Shown here one piece after another: positions 55,179 to 64,000 of a stretch of 64,000 nucleotides of DNA. The stretch lies in the NCBI GenBank assembly GCA_965227405.1, contig OZ245758.1, positions 2,932,338-2,996,337 on the forward strand, read 5' to 3'. The stretch's first letter is position 1. Each line of letters begins with the position of its first letter. A program made the position numbers and the translations under genes. The notes beneath the pieces are model-generated. The model made no database searches, had not been told where the DNA came from, and saw nothing but the letters and a program-made list of their open reading frames with translations. The DNA comes from Polyangiales bacterium. GTDB lineage: Bacteria; Myxococcota_A; Polyangia; Polyangiales; Houyiibacteriaceae.

Positions 55179-55424
55179 ATGGCGAAGCGAGTCGAACGCG
55201 TCCAAACGGGCGTGCGTATGGAAAAGCGCATCTTGAAAGTGCTCAAGGCGATGGCCGAAGTCCACGACATCACGCTCGGGGATCTGCTCGAAGGGATCGT
55301 GCTCCACGCGTTTGAAGGCAAGACGCCGTTTTCGAAGAGCTCTCTGAAGAAGATCGCGCAACTCAAAGAGGTGTACGGGCTCGACTTGAAAGCGCGGGAC
55401 TCGCATCGGTTGGAGGAAACGTGA
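55179..55424 (+). CDS. small hypothetical protein (81 aa), possibly ribbon-helix-helix-like
   Basis: The central MEKRILKVLKAMAEVHDITLGDLLEGIV looks like a beta-strand plus two helices (RHH/CopG-like). Its stop overlaps the next gene's GTG in GTGA. Confidence 0.35.
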   Translation: MAKRVERVQTGVRMEKRILKVLKAMAEVHDITLGDLLEGIVLHAFEGKTPFSKSSLKKIAQLKEVYGLDLKARDSHRLEET

Positions 55425-55786
55425 ACGACGAGTTGTTTCTGATGCAGTTCGAAGCCGGCACGTTGACCGAGTTGGATCACCGCAGTCACGTGCGACTGGC
55501 GTGGATCTACCTGGGTCGTCTTCCGGCAGAAGTGTCGTTGCTACGTCTCTGCGTAGGACTGCGGGCGTTTGCAGAACGCGTCGGGCATCCCGGCAAGTAC
55601 CACGCGACGATCACCTGGGCGTACCACTCGCTGATCGCGGAACGTCGTCGCGACGGCGAGACGTTTGACGAGTTTCAAGCTCGCTGTCCGGAACTCTTCG
55701 ATGGTTCGGCCCTGACCGCGCACTATCCCAGCGCGCTACTGCACAGCGAGCGCGCGCGGTCGATGTTCGTGCTGCCCCAGCCATGA
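55421..55786 (+). CDS. hypothetical protein (121 aa)
   Basis: Translationally coupled to the preceding small gene. No recognisable domain. Confidence 0.35.
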   Translation: MNDELFLMQFEAGTLTELDHRSHVRLAWIYLGRLPAEVSLLRLCVGLRAFAERVGHPGKYHATITWAYHSLIAERRRDGETFDEFQARCPELFDGSALTAHYPSALLHSERARSMFVLPQP

Positions 55787-55877
55787 CATCGCTTGTGTCA
55801 TCAGACGTGCCACGGTGTGCCCATCAGCGAATTGCCTGACGTTTCTGGGTGGCGAGGCCCTTGCAATACGCTTTTGC

Positions 55878-56285
55878 ATGCCCGTCTTGATTGCTTTACT
55901 CGCGGCTCTCGTCCTTTTTGCTTCCAATGCGGAAGCACAGGAAACCGGAGCCAACCTTCGCCTCGATACCAATACTCAGCTTCAGACTGAGTTGGACTAC
56001 AGCACGATGCCGAAGACGCGCGGCCCTCTGGCTATGTGGATCCTAGGTAGTGCGAGCACAGTCGGTTTCACCGCTGCATTTGCCACGTTCGCGTTGAGTG
56101 ACTGCATTGCGGACGCAGTGTGCGATGACGACGCCAAAATCAACGGTACCCTTGCGGGTACACTCATCTCCGCAAGCGTCGCCATCACCGGGATGATCTG
56201 GTGGATCGTCCGCAAGATCCAACGCAGACGGTGGTTGCGTGGACACGAACGTGCCCTCGCGCCACCGCTTACGTTCCGTTGGTGA
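55878..56285 (+). CDS. small membrane protein (signal peptide plus at least 2 TM)
   Basis: MPVLIALLAALVLFASNAEAQ signal, then two hydrophobic helices and a basic C-terminus. Confidence 0.4.
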   Translation: MPVLIALLAALVLFASNAEAQETGANLRLDTNTQLQTELDYSTMPKTRGPLAMWILGSASTVGFTAAFATFALSDCIADAVCDDDAKINGTLAGTLISASVAITGMIWWIVRKIQRRRWLRGHERALAPPLTFRW

Positions 56286-58148
56286 TCAGGGATCAGGCAG
56301 CACGCACTGCGTACCGCCACCGCCGAACGAACACAGGTACGGAAGTGCGCAACCTGCTTCCGCAGCTCCCCCACAACAGGACTCGCCCAGTCCGCCGCAG
56401 CTGACACAGGTTCCGCCGCCGCACACCGCAAAGGGTGCGCTGCAACCGATTCCATCGCCGCAGCAGGGACCGCCGATGATTCCGCAGGCGCCGCCTTCGC
56501 AGCCACCATCCACGCACATCCCGGTGTCTTCGGTGCACTCGTCGCCGTTGCCGGCACACACTCCGTCCACGCAGCAGCCACCGGCGTTGCACGCCTGGCC
56601 TTCACAGCATGCTTCGCCCGCATCACCACATGCTTCGCAGGTACCCGCTCCACCACCGAAGGGTGAGCCGATGCAGGTTGTGCCCGGAGCTGAACAGAAA
56701 CGCCCGGCTCCCGGAATGCCCTGACAGCAATCCTCATCTTCGCTGCCGCAGCTGAAGTCGGCCGTGGTGCAGCTGCCGTCGACGCAGGTCAGCGTGACGT
56801 CACCGTTCATGCCACATGCCGAGTCGTCGGACACGCAGGTACCCCCGACACAGCAGCCACCCGCGTCGCACGCGTTGCCATCGCAACATGCTTCGCCGTC
56901 ACCGCCGCAGTCGACGCTGGTTCCGTCGGAGCAAACTTCACCGCCGCTGGTCATGTAGCCGGAGGGAATGCAGAGATCACCGTCACAGCAACCACCGCCT
57001 TCGCAGACGTCGCCTGCACAGCAACCCAAGAACGGGAATCCGCACGCGTCGCAGGTGCCCGCGTCGGTGCAGGCTCCAAGACCGCAGTCTTCGCCAACCG
57101 CGACACACTCGTTTTCGGTCGGATCACAGCAACCCGAATCGCAGGCCGAACCCGGGCAGCAGGCTTCGCCTTCGCCACCGCACGATTCGCAGGTTCCGCC
57201 CCCGCCGCCAGCACACGCCAGCCCGCTATCGCAGAGTCGACCCGGGCAGCACGCTTCGTCTTCTTCACCGCACTCGACGCAGTCTCCGCCGCGACACGCG
57301 AGGTCTGCCGCACACTCGGCGGGTCCTCCGCCAAATCCCCCGCCGCAGCAGCTTTCGCCCAGAGCGCCACACTCTTGGCAAGTTCCGCCCGAGCACTCGG
57401 TTGCGGTTGCCGTGCACACGAAGCCACCGCAGCAGTCTTCGCCGAGACCTCCGCAGTCACCGCACGAACCATCCATGCACGTTCCGCCGATGGTCGGACA
57501 CGTCGATCCTGAACCGGTGCAGGTGCCGCCCAAGCAGCAGCCACCCGCTTCACAGAAGTCCAAGTCGCAACACGACTCACCAGGACCACCACACGTCACG
57601 CACGTTCCGCCGTTGCAGGTCGCGCCGGAGTCGCAGGCACCACCCGGACAACACTCTTCACCCGCGCCGCCGCAGTCGATGCAGGTGTCGCCGTCGCATG
57701 CGCCTTCCGCGCACGTTCCGTCCGGACAACACGCGTCGCCCAACATTCCGCACGCCGGCGGTTCGGCGCACGTACCGTCGACGCAGATGCCTTCGTCGCA
57801 GGTGTCGCCCTCGCAACACGCTGCCCCAGAGGTTCCGCATTCCACGCAGAAGCCGGTGTCGTCGCACACGCTGAACATGTCGCACTCATCACCGCAGCAC
57901 GGGGCACCGGTGAAACCACAACCTGTCACGTCCGGACTGGCATCGAACATGGGTGGTGCATCCGGAAAATCGGAGTCGGGAACGGGTGCATCCGGCGTGT
58001 CGCCGTCGACCGCGCCATCGACTCCGCCATCGTCGAGGTCGGCGTCACCCAGAACAGTTTTCGATTTGCCGCAACCTACGGTTACCGCCAACGCGAGACA
58101 CAACACCACTGCACGCATCACTGCTCCTATCCCAACAACACCAGACAC
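56286..58148 (-). CDS. secreted lipoprotein made of about 15 tandem degenerate Cys/Gly-rich repeats
   Basis: MRAVVLCLALAVTVGCG lipobox, an Asp-rich linker, then units of roughly 35 aa of the form GTCxxCGGxGExCCxGxxCDxGxxC. It is 22% Cys and 25% Gly. The three long plus-strand ORFs across it are P/Q/S/H-rich mirror frames. Confidence 0.65.
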   Translation of the reverse strand: MSGVVGIGAVMRAVVLCLALAVTVGCGKSKTVLGDADLDDGGVDGAVDGDTPDAPVPDSDFPDAPPMFDASPDVTGCGFTGAPCCGDECDMFSVCDDTGFCVECGTSGAACCEGDTCDEGICVDGTCAEPPACGMLGDACCPDGTCAEGACDGDTCIDCGGAGEECCPGGACDSGATCNGGTCVTCGGPGESCCDLDFCEAGGCCLGGTCTGSGSTCPTIGGTCMDGSCGDCGGLGEDCCGGFVCTATATECSGGTCQECGALGESCCGGGFGGGPAECAADLACRGGDCVECGEEDEACCPGRLCDSGLACAGGGGGTCESCGGEGEACCPGSACDSGCCDPTENECVAVGEDCGLGACTDAGTCDACGFPFLGCCAGDVCEGGGCCDGDLCIPSGYMTSGGEVCSDGTSVDCGGDGEACCDGNACDAGGCCVGGTCVSDDSACGMNGDVTLTCVDGSCTTADFSCGSEDEDCCQGIPGAGRFCSAPGTTCIGSPFGGGAGTCEACGDAGEACCEGQACNAGGCCVDGVCAGNGDECTEDTGMCVDGGCEGGACGIIGGPCCGDGIGCSAPFAVCGGGTCVSCGGLGESCCGGAAEAGCALPYLCSFGGGGTQCVLPDP

Positions 58149-58208
58149 TACCGTGCCGGAGCTTGGATGGTTGGACCGTGAGAGGACGCAGGTACGAGCT
58201 GATAGGCG

Positions 58209-58769
58209 CTAGCCGGTCGGGCAACTCTCGTCGATTCGCCCGTCGCAGTCGTCGTCGCGTCCGTTGCAGCTTTCCGCTGCAGACGGAGAAACTGCAGGAT
58301 CCGAGTCGTCGCAGTCCTCGCCGCAGTGGTCGCCGTTGCAGCACGCGGCGTCTGGAAAGCCATCGTCGTCGAGGTCGCGCGAACCAAACGTAGTGGGGTC
58401 GCAGTCTTCGTCGATACCACTGGGATCACAAACTTCGGTCGCCGTCGGTGAGCGAGTCGGGTCGGCGTCGTCGCAATCGGTTCCACCACATCGACGTGCA
58501 CGTGCGCCGTCACCGTCGTCGTCGGCTTCGCACGTCATCACACACTCGTCGCCGAGTTCGTCGCATACCGACGCGTCGCACGGACGTGGACCCTCGATGC
58601 ATCCGAGCAAACTCGCGCCCGGTGCACGCGGACTGCAGCGTTCGGGACCGTTGCAAAAGTCGCCGTCGTCACAGTCGAGATCGGAGGTGCACATCAAACC
58701 TCCGTCGTCCATGAACGCGTAGCTGTCGTCGTCGCCGCAGGCTACGAGCAGTACTGCGCAGCACGCCAA
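58209..58769 (-). CDS. lipoprotein with MopE-like Asp/Cys-rich putative metal-binding repeats
   Basis: A ...LACCAVLLVACGDDD lipobox, then repeated DCDDxDPxxSPxAxExCNGxDDDCDG motifs. The start is uncertain: the nearest in-frame ATG is 58943, which would overlap the GMC gene by 200 nt, so I chose the TTG at 58769, a short signal with no n-region. My manual indexing of line 58741 disagreed by 1 nt with the ORF track; coordinates follow the track. Confidence 0.45.
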   Translation of the reverse strand: MACCAVLLVACGDDDSYAFMDDGGLMCTSDLDCDDGDFCNGPERCSPRAPGASLLGCIEGPRPCDASVCDELGDECVMTCEADDDGDGARARRCGGTDCDDADPTRSPTATEVCDPSGIDEDCDPTTFGSRDLDDDGFPDAACCNGDHCGEDCDDSDPAVSPSAAESCNGRDDDCDGRIDESCPTG

Positions 58770-60295
58770 CCAATAAGCATGCTGGGTGCGTTGAGTGCGG
58801 CGACCGGCGTCACGGGCATCACCGACGCGTCCGCGATGCGCAATCCTTCGAGCCCCTGCACGCGGAGTTTCGAATCGGTCACCGTGCCCATCGCGCAGGT
58901 ACCTGCGTAGTGATAGGTGGTCATGACGTTCTTGCGGGCCCATCGCTCGAGATTCCGGTTTAAACGACCGGGGAGCAGCTCGCCATTCCCGAAACCTCGA
59001 AGAGGGTCATTTTTCGAGACTTCGCGGGCGAGTTGGACTCCGCGCAAGAGGGTTTCGAGGTCGCGTGGGTCGGCGAAATAACCGGGATCAATCCGCGGTG
59101 TGACGGTGGGATCGGTGGTTTCGATCCAGAGACGTCCCCGGCTTCGCGGCTTTCCGAGGATGACCACGATGCCCCACATCTTCCGGACGAACTGCTGAAG
59201 CGCACCATTCCTAAACGCTGTACGCACGCCGGTTTCGAGGGCTCCCTTGCCTTTGTCGTAAAGGTGTTCGGGCAGCACGATTCCGGGCAAGAGACGCATC
59301 AAGCCTTCGCGAAAGCTGGAACGAGCCGGGTAGAACACGTAGCAGGTGTCGGGTTGTCCTGGAGCGAGGCTCGGGTCGTTGCCCACGCGATGGAAGCCGT
59401 AGAGCTGCGGGTAGTTGCAGTCGACATCGCGCTTGCCGCGAAAGAACAACTGCACGTTGGGATGATCGTGCAGGTTGCGACCGACCTCGGGTTGATCGAG
59501 CACAACCTCGATGCCGAGCTTGCGCAGGGCATCTGCTTCACCGACTCCGGATCGCAGCAGGATCGCAGGGGTCGCCAGTGAACCCGCGCACAAGATCACT
59601 TCTTTCTTCGCGCGTGCCGCGTGTGGCTTTCCATCGACACGAAAGCTGACGCCAATGGCTTGGTCACCATCAAAGATCACGCGGTCCGCAATCGCACCGG
59701 TTTGGACGGTGAGCGACTCGCGATGCAACACCGGTTGGAGAAACGCAGCAAACGACGAACGGCGTTGGTCGCCTTCGTAGTTCATCCACTCGTATCCAAG
59801 AACACCTTGGAGGTCGCCGTTGTTCAGGTTCTCGCTGCGCCGAAAGCCCGATCGCTCGGCAGCGGTGATGCAGCGTTCGGTCCAATCGGTAGGAGGTCGC
59901 TTGTGTGGATGAAGAACAGACTCGACCGCATCGAAGTCCGGTGCGACGTCATCCCAGCGCCAACCTTCGGGCCACTGGTCGAAGTCTTCTTTGGCGCCGC
60001 GCGTGTACACCATCGCGTTGACGGAACCGCTTCCACCCAGGCCGCGACCCGATCCCATAAACAAGCGTCGTGTGCCCCAACGGCTGTCGGTCACGCTGAA
60101 TCGCTCGTGCATCAACTCCGGGTTGATGAACGCGTCCTTGTACTTGCTGGCGATCAGCGTTTCCGGATGCGCCTCGGCGTGCGGGCCTGCTTCGAGGAGC
60201 AAGACCTCATGGTTTTCGGAGAGTTCCGCGGCGACGATGCAACCCGCGGAACCTCCACCCACGACGATGTAGTCGTAGCTACGACGTGCGGTCAT
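58742..60295 (-). CDS. GMC-family FAD-dependent oxidoreductase (choline dehydrogenase-like)
   Basis: N-terminal YDYIVVGGGSAGCIVAAELSE Rossmann motif, GMC signature regions, 517 aa. Its ATG overlaps the aldehyde dehydrogenase gene's stop in ATGA. Confidence 0.85.
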   Translation of the reverse strand: MTARRSYDYIVVGGGSAGCIVAAELSENHEVLLLEAGPHAEAHPETLIASKYKDAFINPELMHERFSVTDSRWGTRRLFMGSGRGLGGSGSVNAMVYTRGAKEDFDQWPEGWRWDDVAPDFDAVESVLHPHKRPPTDWTERCITAAERSGFRRSENLNNGDLQGVLGYEWMNYEGDQRRSSFAAFLQPVLHRESLTVQTGAIADRVIFDGDQAIGVSFRVDGKPHAARAKKEVILCAGSLATPAILLRSGVGEADALRKLGIEVVLDQPEVGRNLHDHPNVQLFFRGKRDVDCNYPQLYGFHRVGNDPSLAPGQPDTCYVFYPARSSFREGLMRLLPGIVLPEHLYDKGKGALETGVRTAFRNGALQQFVRKMWGIVVILGKPRSRGRLWIETTDPTVTPRIDPGYFADPRDLETLLRGVQLAREVSKNDPLRGFGNGELLPGRLNRNLERWARKNVMTTYHYAGTCAMGTVTDSKLRVQGLEGLRIADASVMPVTPVAALNAPSMLIGWRAAQYCS

Positions 60296-61878
60296 TTCTG
60301 CAGCTTGGCGCGCAGTGTTTGAGCCAGGTCGCTCAGACCCGCGATGCGACCCTTGAGTCCCACGCCATAAAGCGTGCGTACCACCCCACGAACCAACTCG
60401 TAGTCGTGGTCTTTAACCGGGAACACCTTTGCCGGTGCGTGCAGTGCGATGCGGTCCTCGAGCACGGCCTTCTGGTTGGTGCAGGCGCGCAAGCCGTCAC
60501 GACCGTTGAGACGACCAAACCCACTACCGCCAACTCCGCCGAAAGGTAGGTCCTGCGCCATGTAGGTCAGGCCGTAGTCGTTGATCGACGCGGAGCCACT
60601 GACGATCTGGTCGGCAATCTTGCGGGCGCGCTTCGCGTCCTTGGAGAGCACCGTGGCGCTGAGGCCGTACTGCGTGCTGTTGGCGACGTCGATCGCATCT
60701 TGGTCGTCGCGAACTTTGCAGATGCACATGACCGGACCGAACGTCTCTTCCTGCATGATCAGCATGTCGGGTGTGACGTCGACCAAGATCGTGGGCTCGA
60801 AGAAGTTGCCTGGACGGTCGAGCGGCTTACCGCCGACGATCGCTTTCGCACCCTTGCTGACCGCGTCGTCGACCAAGTGCTTGACGATGTCGAGCTGCAT
60901 CGGCGTCACCAACGCACCGATCTCGACCTGCTCCGCGTTCGAGTCGCCTTGGCGCATCTCGCGCACCAACTCGGTCACGCGTGCGACGAATCGGTTGTAA
61001 ATGCCGGCCATCACAAGCGTGCGCTCTGCAGCAAGGCAGTTCTGACCCGCAGCGATGTACGACCCGTTGAGCGCGGCGTACGCAGCTTGTTCGAGGTCCG
61101 CGTCGTCGCACACGACCATCGCGTCTTTGCCGCCGAGTTCGAGGATCACCGGAGTGATCGTCTTGGCGCTTTCGGCGATGACCTTCTTTCCGTTGGCCAT
61201 CGAACCCGTGAACACCACCAAGTCGACACCGCCGCTGACCACTGCAGCACCTGCTTGGGCGTAGCCGTGAACCAGCTGCACCAAGTCGTGCGGGAGACCG
61301 TGCGCATCCAATGCTTCGTGAAAGATCTTTTCGAACCGTTGTGCCGACCACGCAACGTGTTCGCTGACTTTAACCACGCAGGCGTTGCCGGCGAACAGCG
61401 CATGGATTGTCGGACCGAGAATGTTCTGAAGCGGGTAGTTCCACGGACAGATGACCCCGATCACGCCGAGTGGGCGAAACTCGATCGTCGCTTTCTTGTG
61501 CAGGAACAAGCCGCTGGAAACGCGCTCGGGGCGAAGATGCTTTTCGCCGTGGCGGATCGTCCAGCGCAGCTTTTCGCTGACCGGCCAGATCTCGCCCATG
61601 ATCGCGTTCTCACGCGTCTTGCCGGCGTCGCGGACAATCACGTCGCAGAGTTCATCGGCGTGACGAAGCACGTGTTTGAGGATGTGCTTGAGCACCGAGC
61701 GACGGATGGCGAACGAGGTTTGAGCCCATTGTTCTTGTGCGTCGCGAGCACGCGCGATCATCAAGCGCACTTCGTCGGGCGTGTGTGCTTTGACCTCGCC
61801 GAGCGGTTTGCCACTCGCCGGTTCGACACACGGAATCACGGAACCAGCCGTGGACTCGATCGGGCTTACCTCAGGCAT
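60292..61878 (-). CDS. NAD(P)-dependent aldehyde dehydrogenase
   Basis: ALDH signatures FTGSMANGKKV, ELGGKDAMVVCDDADLE and the catalytic Cys in AAGQNCLAAERTLV. 528 aa. Confidence 0.85.
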   Translation of the reverse strand: MPEVSPIESTAGSVIPCVEPASGKPLGEVKAHTPDEVRLMIARARDAQEQWAQTSFAIRRSVLKHILKHVLRHADELCDVIVRDAGKTRENAIMGEIWPVSEKLRWTIRHGEKHLRPERVSSGLFLHKKATIEFRPLGVIGVICPWNYPLQNILGPTIHALFAGNACVVKVSEHVAWSAQRFEKIFHEALDAHGLPHDLVQLVHGYAQAGAAVVSGGVDLVVFTGSMANGKKVIAESAKTITPVILELGGKDAMVVCDDADLEQAAYAALNGSYIAAGQNCLAAERTLVMAGIYNRFVARVTELVREMRQGDSNAEQVEIGALVTPMQLDIVKHLVDDAVSKGAKAIVGGKPLDRPGNFFEPTILVDVTPDMLIMQEETFGPVMCICKVRDDQDAIDVANSTQYGLSATVLSKDAKRARKIADQIVSGSASINDYGLTYMAQDLPFGGVGGSGFGRLNGRDGLRACTNQKAVLEDRIALHAPAKVFPVKDHDYELVRGVVRTLYGVGLKGRIAGLSDLAQTLRAKLQK

Positions 61879-62014
61879 CGGCGGAGCCTACGCGTCCTTT
61901 TTCGTCGAGCCAGGCGACAACGCACGCCCCCAAAACCCCAACGATTTTCGTCAGTAAACTCTGGAAAGCTTTCGAGGCTGGGTAAACCAGTTTACCTGTC
62001 CCCAGGGTTTACTC

Positions 62015-62665
62015 GTGCGCGCGCTCTTCCTCGGCAACAGCTACACGTTCTACAACGACGTTCCAGGACAAGTTCATCAGCTCGCCGCGGAATCGGGCGT
62101 GAACATCGAAGTCGACCAGGTGGTTGAAGGCGGCGCGGACTGGTCGCTCCACGCAGGTCGCCTCGGTGGACTGGAACGTATTCGTAGCTCGCAATGGGAC
62201 GTGGTCGTTCTTCAAGGACGAAGTACCGACCCGCTTCTCAAGTCACGCCGGTTTCACAAGTACGGAGCGATCCTTGGCAAGGCGGCGCAAGACTGCGGTG
62301 CTCGCGTGCTCCTCTATCAAACCTGGCCGTGGGCGAGTGACCACCCAAGCTACGCACACCGTTGGTCCAAACGATCCCCTCAAGCATGGTTGGACGCGGT
62401 TCGAAGTGAGTACGCCAAGCTCGCGCGGACACTAAGCGTTGAAGTTGCGCCCGCTGGCGATGCGTGGTCGATGGCTCTGAACCGACTCGACCTCGAACTT
62501 TACGACGAGGATCGACACCACGCGTCAGCGCTGGGGAGTCACCTGAGTGCGTGTGTACTGGTTCGAACGATCACGCGTTGTGACCCTCGCCGACTCGCGT
62601 GGTGTCCCGACGATGTAGATGCGGGCGACTCGTCCAAACTCAAAGCCATCGCGGCTGAGGTTTAG
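62015..62665 (+). CDS. SGNH/GDSL-like hydrolase domain protein
   Basis: The N-terminal LFLGNSYT block resembles the SGNH Ser-containing block I. Its size and the downstream DxxH-like region are weakly supportive. Confidence 0.4.
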   Translation: MRALFLGNSYTFYNDVPGQVHQLAAESGVNIEVDQVVEGGADWSLHAGRLGGLERIRSSQWDVVVLQGRSTDPLLKSRRFHKYGAILGKAAQDCGARVLLYQTWPWASDHPSYAHRWSKRSPQAWLDAVRSEYAKLARTLSVEVAPAGDAWSMALNRLDLELYDEDRHHASALGSHLSACVLVRTITRCDPRRLAWCPDDVDAGDSSKLKAIAAEV

Positions 62666-63558
62666 CGGTAGGGAACGACGAGTTCGAACAATCCCCATCG
62701 ATGGTTCTTCGGATGGACTTCGGGATTGGTTTCAAACATCCGCGTTTGTCGAACGTGCGTGTACCGCATCCACGCGCGACGTCCGCCGACCATGAACCCC
62801 CAACGCAGCGTGCCCACGGCAGGTCGCCGCGAAATGTCCGGTGGTGACTCCGCTTTTCGCGCGTCGACAACCAGGTCGTAGGCCACGGCGCGCGCGGACC
62901 CACCGACAAAGAACGCCATGCACGGCCATCGCTCGCATCCTCGTGTGGTGAGCAAGGGGTCAATCGCACTGGTTTCAAATCCGTGCGCGACCATCGCCAT
63001 CAACGTCAGTTCAGCCCGAACGGCCAGGTTGCCCAGGTCTGCACGCACTTGCGAGATCGCGCCAAGTTCCAACCCGTCCAGGCTCCACGCACGATGAAAC
63101 ACCCACGAACCCGAAACGTAACCGGCGGCTTGGTTCGGAAGTTGGTTTCCCCAACCCCGCGGTTGTCGAACACCAAGCAGAGTGTGAATCGCTTCTTGGG
63201 TCGGTCCTGCTCCCGCAGCGGGACCAATCACGCCAAGACGACCCCGCACCTGAACTTGGTGGTGATCCCATGCGAGCAGTCCTGCAACGTCGAGGTACAT
63301 GTAACCGGCAAAACTCAGGTCGCGTTCGGGCGGCTCGACAAACTGAATGTTGCGAGGTGTCCACATCGCTTGACCCCAACGCAACTGCAGATGCGCGTCT
63401 CGAACGGGAACCGTCGCGAAGAGCTCGTGCCGATGCGAGTACCAGCGATCGATGTTGGCAAACGAATCGTTGTCGATGCGCGCACCGACGACTTGCGCAG
63501 CTGCGGTCGGCTGAACCACGAACCAAACGAGGGCGGTTGCAGTCAGTGCACGTCGCAT
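62662..63558 (-). CDS. outer-membrane protein, possibly LpxR-family lipid A deacylase-like (DUF2219)
   Basis: I chose the internal ATG giving the signal peptide MRRALTATALVWFVVQPTAAAQ. DNDSF...DRWYSHRHELF near the N-terminus and the beta-rich remainder loosely resemble the LpxR family. The family call is tentative. Confidence 0.35.
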   Translation of the reverse strand: MRRALTATALVWFVVQPTAAAQVVGARIDNDSFANIDRWYSHRHELFATVPVRDAHLQLRWGQAMWTPRNIQFVEPPERDLSFAGYMYLDVAGLLAWDHHQVQVRGRLGVIGPAAGAGPTQEAIHTLLGVRQPRGWGNQLPNQAAGYVSGSWVFHRAWSLDGLELGAISQVRADLGNLAVRAELTLMAMVAHGFETSAIDPLLTTRGCERWPCMAFFVGGSARAVAYDLVVDARKAESPPDISRRPAVGTLRWGFMVGGRRAWMRYTHVRQTRMFETNPEVHPKNHRWGLFELVVPYR

Positions 63559-63613
63559 GGTTGTGCTTCCATGTGGACGAGGAGAGGCTACCAGCCCAAC
63601 AGGAGTTGCAGTC

Positions 63614-64000
63614 ATGGCTGTGAAGCGAGCGTTGATCCGGGAAGTGCGAGCCGCGCTTAAGTCTGTGGCTGTCAAAGCAGACGCAGCGCCGATGCAGGCG
63701 TACATGAAGTCGGAGATGCCCTACTACGGCGTCAAGAAGCCTGCGCGAGTCGCTGCGTTGAAACCTGTCTTCGAAGCGCGACCGATCACCGAGTGGGAAG
63801 ACCTTCGCGACACCACACTCGAACTTTGGCGCAAAGCGAAGTTTCGCGAAGAGCGCTATGCCGCGTTGGATCTGACGCGTCGTCGACAACACAAAGGGCA
63901 TCTCACGATGCGCGCGATGCCGATGTACGAAGAGATGATTGTGAGTGGCGCGTGGTGGGATTACGTCGACGAGATTGCGGCGCATCGAGTGGGCGCGATT
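63614..64000 (+). CDS. DNA alkylation repair protein (AlkD/HEAT-like family), 3'-truncated by window end
   Basis: An AGGAG RBS at 63601, 8 nt before the ATG. The open frame runs to the window edge. RALIREVRAALKSV...MQAYMKSEMPYYGVKKP...LELWRKAKFREERYAALDL...WWDYVD matches the DNA_alkylation (PF08713-type) pattern. It is absent from the ORF track because no stop codon falls in the window. Confidence 0.6.
   Translation, partial: MAVKRALIREVRAALKSVAVKADAAPMQAYMKSEMPYYGVKKPARVAALKPVFEARPITEWEDLRDTTLELWRKAKFREERYAALDLTRRRQHKGHLTMRAMPMYEEMIVSGAWWDYVDEIAAHRVGAI

Noticed and set aside
56239-58212. Three long plus-strand ORFs (161, 352 and 414 aa) rich in P/Q/S/H/R
   Set aside because: Mirror frames of the Cys/Gly-repeat lipoprotein gene (GC-rich Cys/Gly codons read on the opposite strand). 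No signal peptide or domain. The minus-strand frame has a lipobox and coherent repeats.
58770-58943. Upstream 58 codons of ORF 58209..58943 (MGPQERHDHL...)
   Set aside because: Arg/His-rich, and it would overlap the GMC oxidoreductase 3' end by 200 nt. The lipobox begins only after this segment, so a shorter start is more plausible.
1-64000. Search for tRNA/rRNA genes, CRISPR arrays, transposases, integrases and phage genes
   Set aside because: No T-loop-like GGTTCGA(A/T)TCC motifs in intergenic regions, no spaced direct repeats of CRISPR type, and no protein resembling a transposase, integrase or phage structural protein. The window looks like core chromosome rather than an island.

Overview
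High-GC (~68-70%) chromosomal segment with about 60 protein-coding genes and no rRNA, tRNA, CRISPR array, transposase or integrase that I could find by eye. Gene content points to Myxococcota, in the Sorangiineae/Nannocystineae style: many lipoproteins with an 'LVACGDDD' signal end; three Hanks-type Ser/Thr kinases, two with C-terminal PEGA-like tails; an FHA plus sigma-54 activator; Myxococcus-type cysteine-rich repeat proteins; and a lamin-tail domain. Housekeeping genes that are easy to recognise are clpB, mpl, an inositol monophosphatase, an Omp85/BamA-family protein next to a TamB-like giant, ExbD, a UspA-family protein, a molybdopterin oxidoreductase, a GMC oxidoreductase plus aldehyde dehydrogenase operon, a 5'-3' exonuclease, and an AlkD-like DNA alkylation repair gene that is truncated at the window end. 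The most interesting structure is a thrice-repeated pairing of a small signal-peptide, TPR-like, C-terminal-TM protein with a large secreted Cys-rich repeat lipoprotein, twice by 1- or 4-nt translational coupling: RCC1-type at 20513-23581, lamin-tail type at 30572-33316, and a smaller instance inside a kinase/FHA-sigma54 module at 6059-11499. Other candidates are an Omp85-centred operon carrying a TlpA-like thiol-disulfide oxidoreductase, a BNR propeller and a Cys-rich lipoprotein divergent from tamB; a kinase / TonB-like / 5'-3' exonuclease operon with overlapping stops and starts; and an operator-like triple repeat in a 91-bp divergent intergenic region. Many long ORFs in the six-frame track are antisense or mirror frames of real genes (R-, P- or Q-rich) and were rejected. 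Start codons were reassigned where a signal peptide or RBS made an internal GTG, ATG or TTG more plausible. One line of my manual indexing (around 58741) disagreed by 1 nt with the ORF track, so features there use the track's frame.
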